Assembly (NCBI GenBank): GCA_050950145.1
Contig: JBMNHB010000001.1
Span: 428,820 to 492,819, forward strand
DNA length: 64,000 nt
From: Candidatus Dojkabacteria bacterium
GTDB lineage: Bacteria > Patescibacteriota > Dojkabacteria > SC72
Reading direction: 5' to 3'
Below, one piece after another: positions 49,072-58,081 of this stretch. Each line of letters begins with the position of its first letter. The first letter of the stretch is position 1. A program made the position numbers and the translations under genes. The notes below the pieces were generated by a model, which saw nothing but the letters and a program-made list of their open reading frames with translations, did no database searches and was not told the origin of the DNA.

Positions 49072-50289
49072 TCACTGAGGGGATATTAAAATCCCACCAT
49101 TAACACCACTAAATTGTGGCAAAACACCATTCCATTGCATTAACTTAATATACTCTATTAAGTTTGGAGTCAATCCAATTGCAATGAGTTCATTTGCCTG
49201 TGCTCTCGCTTTTGCTTCCTGCGCAATTCTATACGCTTCTGCATCAGCACGAACCCTGACTTCTTCGGCTTGCTGCCTCGCAGTATAAAGTGCAGCATCA
49301 GCAATAGCCTCTTGCTCTGCACGTGTAGCAGCAGCTCTAGCCTCTGCTTGACTAATTGCTACTCTTTTTTGACCATCAGCCTCTACAACTGCTTGCTCAG
49401 CAAGAGCCTTCTCAACATCAATATATTTCTCAGCAACTAAAGCCGTCTGCGCAGCCACCATTTCTTCATTAAGCTGAATTTCATAATCCCCCTTAATGCC
49501 AAGAGTTGGCTTTCTAAAACCAAAGAAGACTAACTCTAAACCTGCCTCTTGCATTTTGGAGCTTAATTCTTCCTCAACAGTTGCATCAACATTATCTACC
49601 TCAAGATAGATTTGTTTTGCAGTGAAGTCTTTTAACTTCTGCCGCACAATAATTCTAGTTGTGGCCTGTACTGCTTTCTCTACAGCCTCATCAAGAGAAC
49701 CAAAATTTTCGTAAATATGAATTACCTTTTCAGGAATGATTTGCCCAATAACGGTATAAGTTACAGAAACTTGGACATTGTCCAATGTAACTAACGATGC
49801 TGGGTGTTCTATATAGTCATCAGTAGCTGTTTCCATGTAACTCTCAATCATAGTTGAATACGTCCACTGTTTTTTACTAAAAACAACGACTCTATCAACA
49901 TATGGAATAAGAACACGCAAGCCAGGATTACCAATCTCTATCGCCTTACCCAATCTAGTTACCACACCGACTTCTGTTTGATCAATAGTGACAAACCCAC
50001 CAATGACAAACTGAAGTGTAATAAAGAGAATAGGAAGAAGTACAGCAACCAATATCCTAATTTTCTTATATTTCTCTTTTTCCAAATCGGTGTCTCTCAT
50101 ATCAGGACCAAATCTCCAAAACAATACCCATCCGATGCCAATAAAGACAACTAGCGTTACCAGAAACCATATTGGATGGCTTCCTAGAGTTCTAGTTCTA
50201 TCCACTTCACCAACGGAACTACATCCGCTCAAGAGTAATGAGAGAACTAAAACAGATAGCACAAAAATCAGAGAAATTTTCCTTTTCAT
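49072..50289 (-). CDS. SPFH/band-7 (prohibitin-like) protein with a lipoprotein-like signal and two TMs
   Basis: LLLSGC lipobox-like segment, TMs, GVVTRLGK..PGL..IPYVD, Ala/Glu-rich coiled coil and WNGVLP tail. Confidence 0.88.
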   Translation of the reverse strand: MKRKISLIFVLSVLVLSLLLSGCSSVGEVDRTRTLGSHPIWFLVTLVVFIGIGWVLFWRFGPDMRDTDLEKEKYKKIRILVAVLLPILFITLQFVIGGFVTIDQTEVGVVTRLGKAIEIGNPGLRVLIPYVDRVVVFSKKQWTYSTMIESYMETATDDYIEHPASLVTLDNVQVSVTYTVIGQIIPEKVIHIYENFGSLDEAVEKAVQATTRIIVRQKLKDFTAKQIYLEVDNVDATVEEELSSKMQEAGLELVFFGFRKPTLGIKGDYEIQLNEEMVAAQTALVAEKYIDVEKALAEQAVVEADGQKRVAISQAEARAAATRAEQEAIADAALYTARQQAEEVRVRADAEAYRIAQEAKARAQANELIAIGLTPNLIEYIKLMQWNGVLPQFSGVNGGILISPQ

Positions 50290-50292
50290 TAT

Positions 50293-50406
50293 CCTTTCCT
50301 TTCATTAATGAATTCCAACTAAAATGTTTTTGAAGTAAGTTGTTCAAGATCATCAATTTCATTGAATTGACAGATAAATTATACCACAAAAGACCTATAG
50401 TGTCAA
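50293..50406 (-). promoter_or_regulatory. SPFH leader: consensus promoter, hairpin, boxA-like motif, pairing arm, SD
   Basis: TTGACA (50406-50401), 17 nt, TATAAT (50383-50378); TCAATT/AATTGA hairpin; TGATCTTGAACAA (50352-50340); AACTTACTTCAAA (50341-50329); AAGGAAAGG. Confidence 0.75.
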
Positions 50407-50459
50407 TGTTTCTACATAGCCTTATTTCCAAAATTATTCAAAAAGAGATAGAATAGAAT

Positions 50460-50579
50460 ATGGCAAAAATAAAGAAAAAAACAAAAAAGAATGTAAGAAC
50501 TATCTTAAACATAATATTAATAGTCGTTATGCTTGCTGGTATTCTACTACCAATGATTTTGGTTCTTACAACTCTCTAA
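50460..50579 (+). CDS. Small basic single-TM protein (39 aa, DUF4044-like)
   Basis: MAKIKKKTKKNVRTILNIILIVVMLAGILLPMILVLTTL; TAGAAT 5 nt upstream; stop just before recG. Confidence 0.7.
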   Translation: MAKIKKKTKKNVRTILNIILIVVMLAGILLPMILVLTTL

Positions 50580-50583
50580 AAAG

Positions 50584-52587
50584 ATGTTAACTAAGAACAC
50601 ACCAATATCAGAATTAAAAGGCATTGGACCTAGGTCCTTACCTCTGTATGAAAACTTAGGAATATACACTGTTAAAGATCTTCTCTTTCACATACCTTTC
50701 AGATATCAAGACACATCTGAAATTATCTCAATCAAAGAATTCAAAGAGAGAGGAGAAGGAACATTTCTTGCAGAGATTGAAGATGTAAAAACCACATACT
50801 TTAGGAAAAAGATAACAACTGTAAAAGTAAAAGATGATACAGGAACCCTTAGACTTGTCTACTTCAACCAAGCATATCTTTCTAAAACATTAAAAAAAGG
50901 AGACATATATCTCTTTGATGCTAAGATTACAGAAAAAAATGGTAGAAAGAATATTTACAATCCTAAATTTGAACAATTCAAAGAAAAGAAAGAAGATCAG
51001 TTACATGTTGGAAAAATAGTAGGAGTGTATCCAGAAACAAAAGGATTAACATCTGCAATGCTAAGACGAAAGATTGCAGACTTTCAAGATGATATACCAG
51101 AGATACTAGATGACCCTTTAGAGGGATATATTAAAAAAAGCAACCTGAAGTTGCCCTTCATTTCTAAAGCTATTGAAAAAATCCACTTCCCAAAAAGCCA
51201 AGGAGATATTGAAAAAGCACAAGAAAGATTATCTTTTGACGAAATGTTAAGAATTGCAATTAAGATTGAGAAAGAAAGAGCTAATACAAAAAAAGAAAAA
51301 GCACATGATATCCCTTTAGACAGTAAAACTGTAAATACCTTTATCAAATCACTCCCTTACAAATTAACAGATGATCAAAACAAAGCAATTCAAGAGATTC
51401 TAGAAGATTGTAATAGTAAAAAGCCAATGAACAGACTTCTAAATGGTGATGTAGGAAGTGGAAAAACAATTGTAGCAGCAGTAGCAATATTAAATTGTAT
51501 TAAAAATGGATTCTCTTCAATTCTTCTAGCCCCAACAACTGTACTTGCTAAACAACATTTTGAAACATTTAGTAAACTTTTTAAAGATTTAAATATTGAC
51601 ATTGAACTCTGTATCTCAACAGAAAAGAACATATCGGATGCAGATAACAAGTTAATAATCGGTACACATGCAATTCTATATGATATGACTCTTCCTAAAG
51701 ATTTGAACCTTGTGATAATTGATGAACAACATAGATTTGGAGTAGAACAGAGAGAATACTTCAGAGAGAAAGGAAAATATTCTCCCCATTATCTTACTAT
51801 GACTGCAACACCAATTCCTCGTAGCTTAACAGAAATCTTCTTTGGTGGACTAGATGTATCCGAAATTAGAGAAAAACCAAAAGGAAGAATTGAAGTTAAA
51901 ACATATTTTACCCCTGCTAAAAAGAGACTAGAGTGTTTTGAGTGGATTAAGGAGAAGATAGTTGCAAGCAAAAGACAGGATCAGGCCTTTGTCATATATC
52001 CACTCATAGAAGAAACTGAAAAATCTACAAGGAAATCCATTCTAAATGAATATGAGACATTAACAGAGATTTTCAAGGGATTAACTGTGAAGTATCTACA
52101 TGGGAAATTAAAAGAGAAAGAGAAGAATAAGCTACTTGAAGAGTTTAGAGATAAAAAGATAGATGTATTAATCTCTACAACTGTAATTGAGGTTGGAATT
52201 GATATCCCAGATGCAACAATTATGGTAATTGAAGATGCAGAAAGATTTGGTCTTGCACAATTACATCAATTAAGGGGAAGGGTGGGCAGAAGTGATAAAG
52301 AATCATATTGTTTTGTAATACCAAGCACTTCTGTTGAAAGAAAATCTCCAGCAGAGGAAAGATTGTTGTATTTTGCAAGACATAGTTCAGGGTTTGAAGT
52401 TGCAGAGTTTGATTTACAAAGTAGAGGACCTGGAGAAGTATATGGTGTAAGACAATCAGGTATTCCAATTTTTAAGGTTGCAAGTATCTATGATACAGAA
52501 CTTCTTAAGAAAGCAAGATTGTTTGCGAAAAAGTTAATAAAAGAAGATAATGACTTGGAATATATTTTAGATAATCTTTTTAGATAA
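50584..52587 (+). CDS. recG: ATP-dependent DNA helicase RecG
   Basis: GDVGSGKT, DEQHRFG, TATPIPR, QLHQLRGRVGR and RGPGE. Confidence 0.97.
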   Translation: MLTKNTPISELKGIGPRSLPLYENLGIYTVKDLLFHIPFRYQDTSEIISIKEFKERGEGTFLAEIEDVKTTYFRKKITTVKVKDDTGTLRLVYFNQAYLSKTLKKGDIYLFDAKITEKNGRKNIYNPKFEQFKEKKEDQLHVGKIVGVYPETKGLTSAMLRRKIADFQDDIPEILDDPLEGYIKKSNLKLPFISKAIEKIHFPKSQGDIEKAQERLSFDEMLRIAIKIEKERANTKKEKAHDIPLDSKTVNTFIKSLPYKLTDDQNKAIQEILEDCNSKKPMNRLLNGDVGSGKTIVAAVAILNCIKNGFSSILLAPTTVLAKQHFETFSKLFKDLNIDIELCISTEKNISDADNKLIIGTHAILYDMTLPKDLNLVIIDEQHRFGVEQREYFREKGKYSPHYLTMTATPIPRSLTEIFFGGLDVSEIREKPKGRIEVKTYFTPAKKRLECFEWIKEKIVASKRQDQAFVIYPLIEETEKSTRKSILNEYETLTEIFKGLTVKYLHGKLKEKEKNKLLEEFRDKKIDVLISTTVIEVGIDIPDATIMVIEDAERFGLAQLHQLRGRVGRSDKESYCFVIPSTSVERKSPAEERLLYFARHSSGFEVAEFDLQSRGPGEVYGVRQSGIPIFKVASIYDTELLKKARLFAKKLIKEDNDLEYILDNLFR

Positions 52588-53036
52588 TGGAGATACATAT
52601 TGTACTTGATAATATTCGTTCTGTTTTTAATGTTGGTAGTATTTTTAGATCTGCTGATGGAGCAGGGAGTGTTAAAAAGATATATCTTTGTGGTATGACA
52701 GCAGATATTGACAATCCTAAACTAGAGAAGACTGCACTTGGTGCAATAGATATGGTTCCTTCTCAACATTATGATACTACACAAGAGGCTTTGGAAGAGA
52801 TTAGAGCACAGAATATTCCAATATATTCAGTAGAGTTAACAGATGATGCAGAGGATTTTCAAAAGGTAAAGTATCCTAAGAAACTAGCATTGGTATTTGG
52901 TCATGAGAAGATGGGAGTAGGCGAAGATATTTTAAAAGATTCAGACAAAAAAATTTTTGTTCCTATGAGAGGTAAGAAAGAGTCCTTAAATGTCGCTAAC
53001 TGTGCAACTACTGTTTTGTATGAGATAACCAAATAA
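52587..53036 (+). CDS. SpoU/TrmH-family RNA methyltransferase
   Basis: NVGSIFR, FGHE..G and PMRG..ESLNV. Confidence 0.92.
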   Translation: MEIHIVLDNIRSVFNVGSIFRSADGAGSVKKIYLCGMTADIDNPKLEKTALGAIDMVPSQHYDTTQEALEEIRAQNIPIYSVELTDDAEDFQKVKYPKKLALVFGHEKMGVGEDILKDSDKKIFVPMRGKKESLNVANCATTVLYEITK

Positions 53037-53057
53037 CAGACCTGATATAATAGACAT

Positions 53058-53801
53058 ATGAGTTTAAAACACGATTCATTTAAAAAAATAAGAAAAGAGA
53101 AAAACAAATGGAGATTAGATACCCCTGAGGATTTCATAGAGATGGAAGATGCATTTCTTAAAGAAAGACTTATGAGTAAAGAACCTACCATTACAACTAC
53201 TGTTAGAATTACAGGCGGTAAAGCTAGAAACTTTACTCTTGAAGTACCTAAAGCTACAAGACCAATGACAGATAGAATGAAAGTTAGAGTCTTTGATATT
53301 CTCAGAGAAGATATTGTAAATAAAGACATTCTCGATCTCTACGCAGGAGCTGGTTCTTTTGGATTAGAAGCTCTCTCAAGAGGAGCAAAGAGTGCAACAT
53401 TTGTAGATGCATCAAAAAATGCAAATATTGTTCTTAAAAAGAATGTTGCACATACTGGTTTTCTTGTTGAATCTGAGATTGTCAAAGAAAAGGTTGAGGA
53501 ATATCTTTTTAGAATGACAAACAAAGAGAAAGAGGAGTTTCAAACCTTTGACATTATCTTCATGGACCCTCCATACAAACTTTTTAATACCAAGAAAACA
53601 TTTAAGATGGAACAAATTATCAACATGGCTTCTGAACTACTACCTGGAGTACGAAATCCACAGATAAAGAAATGGAAAGGAGCATTAATACTTAAACATC
53701 CTAAAAGGTATGATTTAGAGAAGATTGATATTAAACATTTAAGATTAGTTGAGAGTATTAATCTTGGTTTGAATGTAATTTCTTTCTTTATTGTTAAATA
53801 A
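53058..53801 (+). CDS. rsmD: RsmD-family methyltransferase
   Basis: RITGGKAR, TRP.TD, DLYAGAGSFGLEALSRGA and DPPY. Confidence 0.88.
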   Translation: MSLKHDSFKKIRKEKNKWRLDTPEDFIEMEDAFLKERLMSKEPTITTTVRITGGKARNFTLEVPKATRPMTDRMKVRVFDILREDIVNKDILDLYAGAGSFGLEALSRGAKSATFVDASKNANIVLKKNVAHTGFLVESEIVKEKVEEYLFRMTNKEKEEFQTFDIIFMDPPYKLFNTKKTFKMEQIINMASELLPGVRNPQIKKWKGALILKHPKRYDLEKIDIKHLRLVESINLGLNVISFFIVK

Positions 53802-54063
53802 AGAAGTAAAATAGCTTCCCCATAGTAAGATTAAAAAACCTTAAATTTGACCTTTTAATCCTCTACCGATAAGGATAAATCTACAGACCAGGTCTGTAAT
53901 CTAGTTGCAAAATTGAGATTAAAAATATAAAATACATCTGTGTACAAAATATACGGTATAAACAAATCAAAACTAAACAGAATAGTTTTTACAACACACA
54001 ACTTTTAATGTGTGTTATTTCCAATCCACACATATTTCTTAATTAATATTTTTATTTTTGTAT

Positions 54064-55857
54064 ATGGAAAATGAAGAACAACAACAAGTAGAACTGTTAG
54101 AAGAGATAAGGCACTCAGCATCACATGTCTTAGCACAAGCAGTTCTTAAACTTCATCCAGATGCTAAGTTAGGAATTGGTCCTGTAATTGATAACGGTTT
54201 CTACTATGACTTTGAATTTAGTGAACCTATTGAAGAAGAAGATCTCAAACCTATTGAGAAAGAGATGAAGAAGATTATTAAACAAGGTCTTCCAATAACT
54301 CAGGTAATGATGAAAAGAGAAGATGCAATAGAGTATTACAAAAAAACAGATCAGATATATAAGCTGGAGTTAATTGATGAAATAGAGGGAAAAGAATTAA
54401 GCTTCTTTATCACAGGAGAAAATGAATTTGCAGATCTTTGTAGAGGACCTCATGTTGCATCTACTAAGGATATCGGAGCAGTTAAATTAACAAAAACTGC
54501 TGGAGCATATTGGAGAGGAGATGAAACCAAGAAGATGTTAACAAGAATATATGGAACCGCTTTTGAAACTGAGAATGAATTAAATACTTTTCTTAAGAAT
54601 CAAGAAGAAATTGAAAACAGAAATCATAGAAAAATTGGCAAACAGTTGGAGTTGTTTGCAATAATGCCTGAGATAGGACAAGGGTTACCTGTTTGGTTAC
54701 CAAGAGGATATACAATAAGGAGAATCTTAGAAGATTACATGTTAGACCTTGAAAGAAATGCTGGATATCAACATATTTTAACACCACATATCAATAGATC
54801 TGTCCTCTTTGAAACATCTGGTCACTTAAGTTTCTACAAAGAATCTATGTATCCTCCAATGCAGGTTGAGGATGAAACTTACTACCTTAAACCTATGAAC
54901 TGTCCAGCAGGAATGATGGTTTACAATTTAAGCCCTAAAAGCTATCGAGATTTACCATATAAATTAGGTGAATTTGGAACAGTTTATAGATACGAAAAAA
55001 GTGGTGAATTACAAGGAATGCAAAGAGTCAGAGGGTTTACACAGAATGATGCACACATTTTCTGTACTCCAGAACAACTTGAAAGTTCAATAAATGAAGT
55101 ATTAGATCTTCTAGCTATATTCTACAAAGATATTGGATTTACGAAATACAAATTTAGATTATCACTTTCAGACAGAGAAGCTAACCCTAAAAAATATGCT
55201 GGTGATATTGAAAGATGGAGACAAGCAGAAGAAACTCTAAGGAAAGTTTTAGTGGATAGGGGAGAAGAGTTTGAAGAGATGCCAGGAGATGCAGCATTTT
55301 ACGGCCCCAAAATTGACATCCAAGCAGTTAATGTATTTGGGAAAGAAGATTCTGTCTCCACAATTCAGCTAGATTTTAATCTTCCAGAGAAGTTCAACAT
55401 CAAATACATAGATCAAGATGGAAGTGAACAAGAACCTTTTGTTATTCACAGAGCATTAATTGGATCATTTGAAAGATTTTTTGCATTTTTAATAGAGACT
55501 CACGGTGGAGACTTCCCTCTCTGGTTTACTCCAGAACAGGTATATGTAATTCCAATATCAGATAAACACCATGACTATGCTAAACAGGTTTATGAAGAAT
55601 TATACAATGTTGGATTAAGAGTAAAACTCGATGATAGAGCAAAGAGTATGCAATCAAGAATTAGAGATGCAGAGAAGATGAAAATACCTTACATTGTAGT
55701 CGTAGGGGACAAAGAGATAGAAACAGAAACTATCTCTGTAAGAACAAGAAAGAATAAGAGCGAAGGTTTGATGAAAGTTCAAGAATTTATAGATAATCTT
55801 AAGGAAGAGATAAGGACAAAAGAACCTTTTACTCCTCCTATAGAAGAAAATAATTAA
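54064..55857 (+). CDS. thrS: Threonine--tRNA ligase (no N-terminal TGS)
   Basis: RHSASHVLAQA, DLCRGPH, KPMNCP, RVRGFTQNDAH and IHRA..GSFERF. Confidence 0.97.
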   Translation: MENEEQQQVELLEEIRHSASHVLAQAVLKLHPDAKLGIGPVIDNGFYYDFEFSEPIEEEDLKPIEKEMKKIIKQGLPITQVMMKREDAIEYYKKTDQIYKLELIDEIEGKELSFFITGENEFADLCRGPHVASTKDIGAVKLTKTAGAYWRGDETKKMLTRIYGTAFETENELNTFLKNQEEIENRNHRKIGKQLELFAIMPEIGQGLPVWLPRGYTIRRILEDYMLDLERNAGYQHILTPHINRSVLFETSGHLSFYKESMYPPMQVEDETYYLKPMNCPAGMMVYNLSPKSYRDLPYKLGEFGTVYRYEKSGELQGMQRVRGFTQNDAHIFCTPEQLESSINEVLDLLAIFYKDIGFTKYKFRLSLSDREANPKKYAGDIERWRQAEETLRKVLVDRGEEFEEMPGDAAFYGPKIDIQAVNVFGKEDSVSTIQLDFNLPEKFNIKYIDQDGSEQEPFVIHRALIGSFERFFAFLIETHGGDFPLWFTPEQVYVIPISDKHHDYAKQVYEELYNVGLRVKLDDRAKSMQSRIRDAEKMKIPYIVVVGDKEIETETISVRTRKNKSEGLMKVQEFIDNLKEEIRTKEPFTPPIEENN

Positions 55858-55877
55858 TTTTTTAATAAAAATAAACA

Positions 55878-56459
55878 ATGGCTTTTGATAAGCAAGAAGA
55901 GTTAAGGAAGAAGTATGGTCCTAGGAGAAATGAATATATTAGGGTAGAGGAAGTACAGTTAATAGATCAAGAAGGAAATAATGTAGGAGTAGTAAAGACC
56001 TACAAAGCCCTAGAAATGGCAAAAGAGGCAGGGCTAGATCTTGTAGAGGTTGGTCCAAATGTTAGACCCCCTGTTTGTAAAATCATGGACTATGCAAAAT
56101 ACACATACTTGCAAAGTAAGAAGAGTAGGATGAACAAAAAGGGGAAAACGAGAGATGTGAAAGAATTTAAGTTCTCTCCTGTAATAGATAAAGCTGATTC
56201 AGAACATAGGATAAATAGAGCATTAGAATATTTAGAAAAAGGATATCCCGTAAGGTTAACTATGTTTAGAAAAGGAAGACAATCTAAAGAACAAGCCAAA
56301 GAAGTTTTTGATGAAATATTGACTAATTTCACGGATTATAGTAGCATTGAACCCAATCCTATATCAGAAGGTAATAATATTTTTGTAACATTTAGGCCAA
56401 ATGGCAAGACAAAGAACAAACAAAACAGCAAAGAAAAGAGTGAGGATATCAAATCCTAG
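55878..56459 (+). CDS. infC: Translation initiation factor IF-3
   Basis: NEYIR..EV.LID, LDLVEV, PPVCKIMDY and KEFKF. Confidence 0.95.
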   Translation: MAFDKQEELRKKYGPRRNEYIRVEEVQLIDQEGNNVGVVKTYKALEMAKEAGLDLVEVGPNVRPPVCKIMDYAKYTYLQSKKSRMNKKGKTRDVKEFKFSPVIDKADSEHRINRALEYLEKGYPVRLTMFRKGRQSKEQAKEVFDEILTNFTDYSSIEPNPISEGNNIFVTFRPNGKTKNKQNSKEKSEDIKS

Positions 56460-56613
56460 AGGACATAAAAAGGGTGTTCTTAGATATAAACAGAGTCACC
56501 AAGGTCACTTGAAGACAAAGAGATCAACTAGATCCAAGAGAAGACAGAGCGATAGTAAGAGAGTTGATAAGAATATTAGTAAAAGGATGATTGCAAAGAT
56601 TGTTAATATTTAG
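56401..56613 (+). CDS. rpmI: 50S ribosomal protein L35
   Basis: RTNKTAKKR...HL.TKRS; lies between infC and rplT and overlaps infC by 59 nt. Confidence 0.85.
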   Translation: MARQRTNKTAKKRVRISNPRGHKKGVLRYKQSHQGHLKTKRSTRSKRRQSDSKRVDKNISKRMIAKIVNI

Positions 56614-56624
56614 TAGCTATAAAA

Positions 56625-56963
56625 ATGAGAGTTAAGACTGGAATAACAAGAAAAAGAAGACATGATAAAATCCTTAAGAAAACTAAGGGTTATAGAATGA
56701 CTAAAAATAGACTCTACAAAGTTGCTCATGAGGCATATATGCATGCAGGACAATATGCATATGACCACAGACAAAAAAGAGGAGCACAGATGAGAAGGGT
56801 TTGGATTGCAAAGATTAATGCTGCATGTAAGAATAACAATATCCAATACAAAGATTTAATTGCAGGTCTTAAGAAGAATAAGATTGAATTAAACAGAATG
56901 GTACTAGCAGATATTGCAGTTAACAATCCTGAAGTATTTACAGTAATAGTAAAATCACTTTAG
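56625..56963 (+). CDS. rplT: 50S ribosomal protein L20
   Basis: MRVKTG, KGY, WIAKINAA and LNRMVLADIA. Confidence 0.96.
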   Translation: MRVKTGITRKRRHDKILKKTKGYRMTKNRLYKVAHEAYMHAGQYAYDHRQKRGAQMRRVWIAKINAACKNNNIQYKDLIAGLKKNKIELNRMVLADIAVNNPEVFTVIVKSL

Positions 56964-56983
56964 AGTCTTTTAAAATTGATCTT

Positions 56984-57015
56984 AAAGGACTCTTAATCTA
57001 AAAGAGTCCTTTTTT
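56984..57015 (+). terminator. Intrinsic terminator after rplT
   Basis: AAAGGACTCTT / AAGAGTCCTTT stem followed by a T-run. Confidence 0.85.
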
Positions 57016-57043
57016 ATTATCCCCCAATGTTATATACTAAACT

Positions 57044-58081
57044 ATGGAACTAAAAAACAAAAATCTTCAAAAAATATACACCTCTTTAGAAAAAGATAAA
57101 GAAACACTCTCATCTGAAGAGTTAAAAAAGAAATATCTATCTAAAGAAGGATTATTAACAAAAGCCTTTAGTGAAATATCAAAAATAGCACAGAAAGAGA
57201 GAGCTCTATATGGGCAAGAAGCAAACAAACTCAAATCATACATTAATGAACTGATAGAAAGTAAAACAAATTTTACAAATGCATATTCCTCAAAAGAGAG
57301 AATTGATCCAACAGCACCTTTTGATATCAATACAAAGATAGAAGATAGACCTCAGTTCTTAGATACAAAAGGCACACAACACCCACTAACAAAAGATATA
57401 GAAACATTTGTAGATATATTTAAAGGTATGGGTTTTGACGTTTTAGAAAGTAGACAACTTGATGATGATTATCACATGTTTGAATCTCTAAACTTCCCTG
57501 TAGGACATCCAGCAAGAGATATGTATGATACTTTCTGGACAGAAGATGGTCTAGTATTACCAGCACACACCTCTACAATGCAAAATAGGGCTATGAAGAT
57601 GTTTGGACCTCCTCCAATTGCAGTTGTATTACCTGGTAGATGCTTTAGAAATGAAGCTACAGATGCAAGTCATGAACATACATTCCATCAAATAGAGGGA
57701 ATATATGTAGACGAAAATGTTTCTTTAGGAAATATGATAGCTACTATTAAAGAATTCTTACAAAGATATCTTGAAACAGATTTAGAAGTAAGAATACAGC
57801 CATCATTCTTTCCATTTACTGAACCAGATTGTGAGTTTGTGATTAGCTGTCCTTTCTGTAAAAAAGTGGGGTGTTCTACATGTGGAAATTCTGGATGGAT
57901 AGAACTAATGGGATGTGGAATGATACACCCAAATGTTTTAAGGCAAGCTGATATAGACCCAAACAAGTATTCAGGATTTGCATGGGGATTTGGAGTTGAC
58001 AGATTAACTATGATTAAAATGGGAATAAATGATATTAGATACCTAAGAGATTCTAACCTTAACTTCTTAAGACAATTCTAA
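57044..58081 (+). CDS. pheS: Phenylalanine--tRNA ligase alpha subunit
   Basis: HPARDMYDTF, HTS, FHQIEG, FFPFTEP and GFAWGFGVDRL. Confidence 0.97.
   Translation: MELKNKNLQKIYTSLEKDKETLSSEELKKKYLSKEGLLTKAFSEISKIAQKERALYGQEANKLKSYINELIESKTNFTNAYSSKERIDPTAPFDINTKIEDRPQFLDTKGTQHPLTKDIETFVDIFKGMGFDVLESRQLDDDYHMFESLNFPVGHPARDMYDTFWTEDGLVLPAHTSTMQNRAMKMFGPPPIAVVLPGRCFRNEATDASHEHTFHQIEGIYVDENVSLGNMIATIKEFLQRYLETDLEVRIQPSFFPFTEPDCEFVISCPFCKKVGCSTCGNSGWIELMGCGMIHPNVLRQADIDPNKYSGFAWGFGVDRLTMIKMGINDIRYLRDSNLNFLRQF

Noticed and set aside
53830-54063. T-box riboswitch before thrS
   Set aside because: No T-box bulge (TGGNACC) or terminator/antiterminator pair is present.
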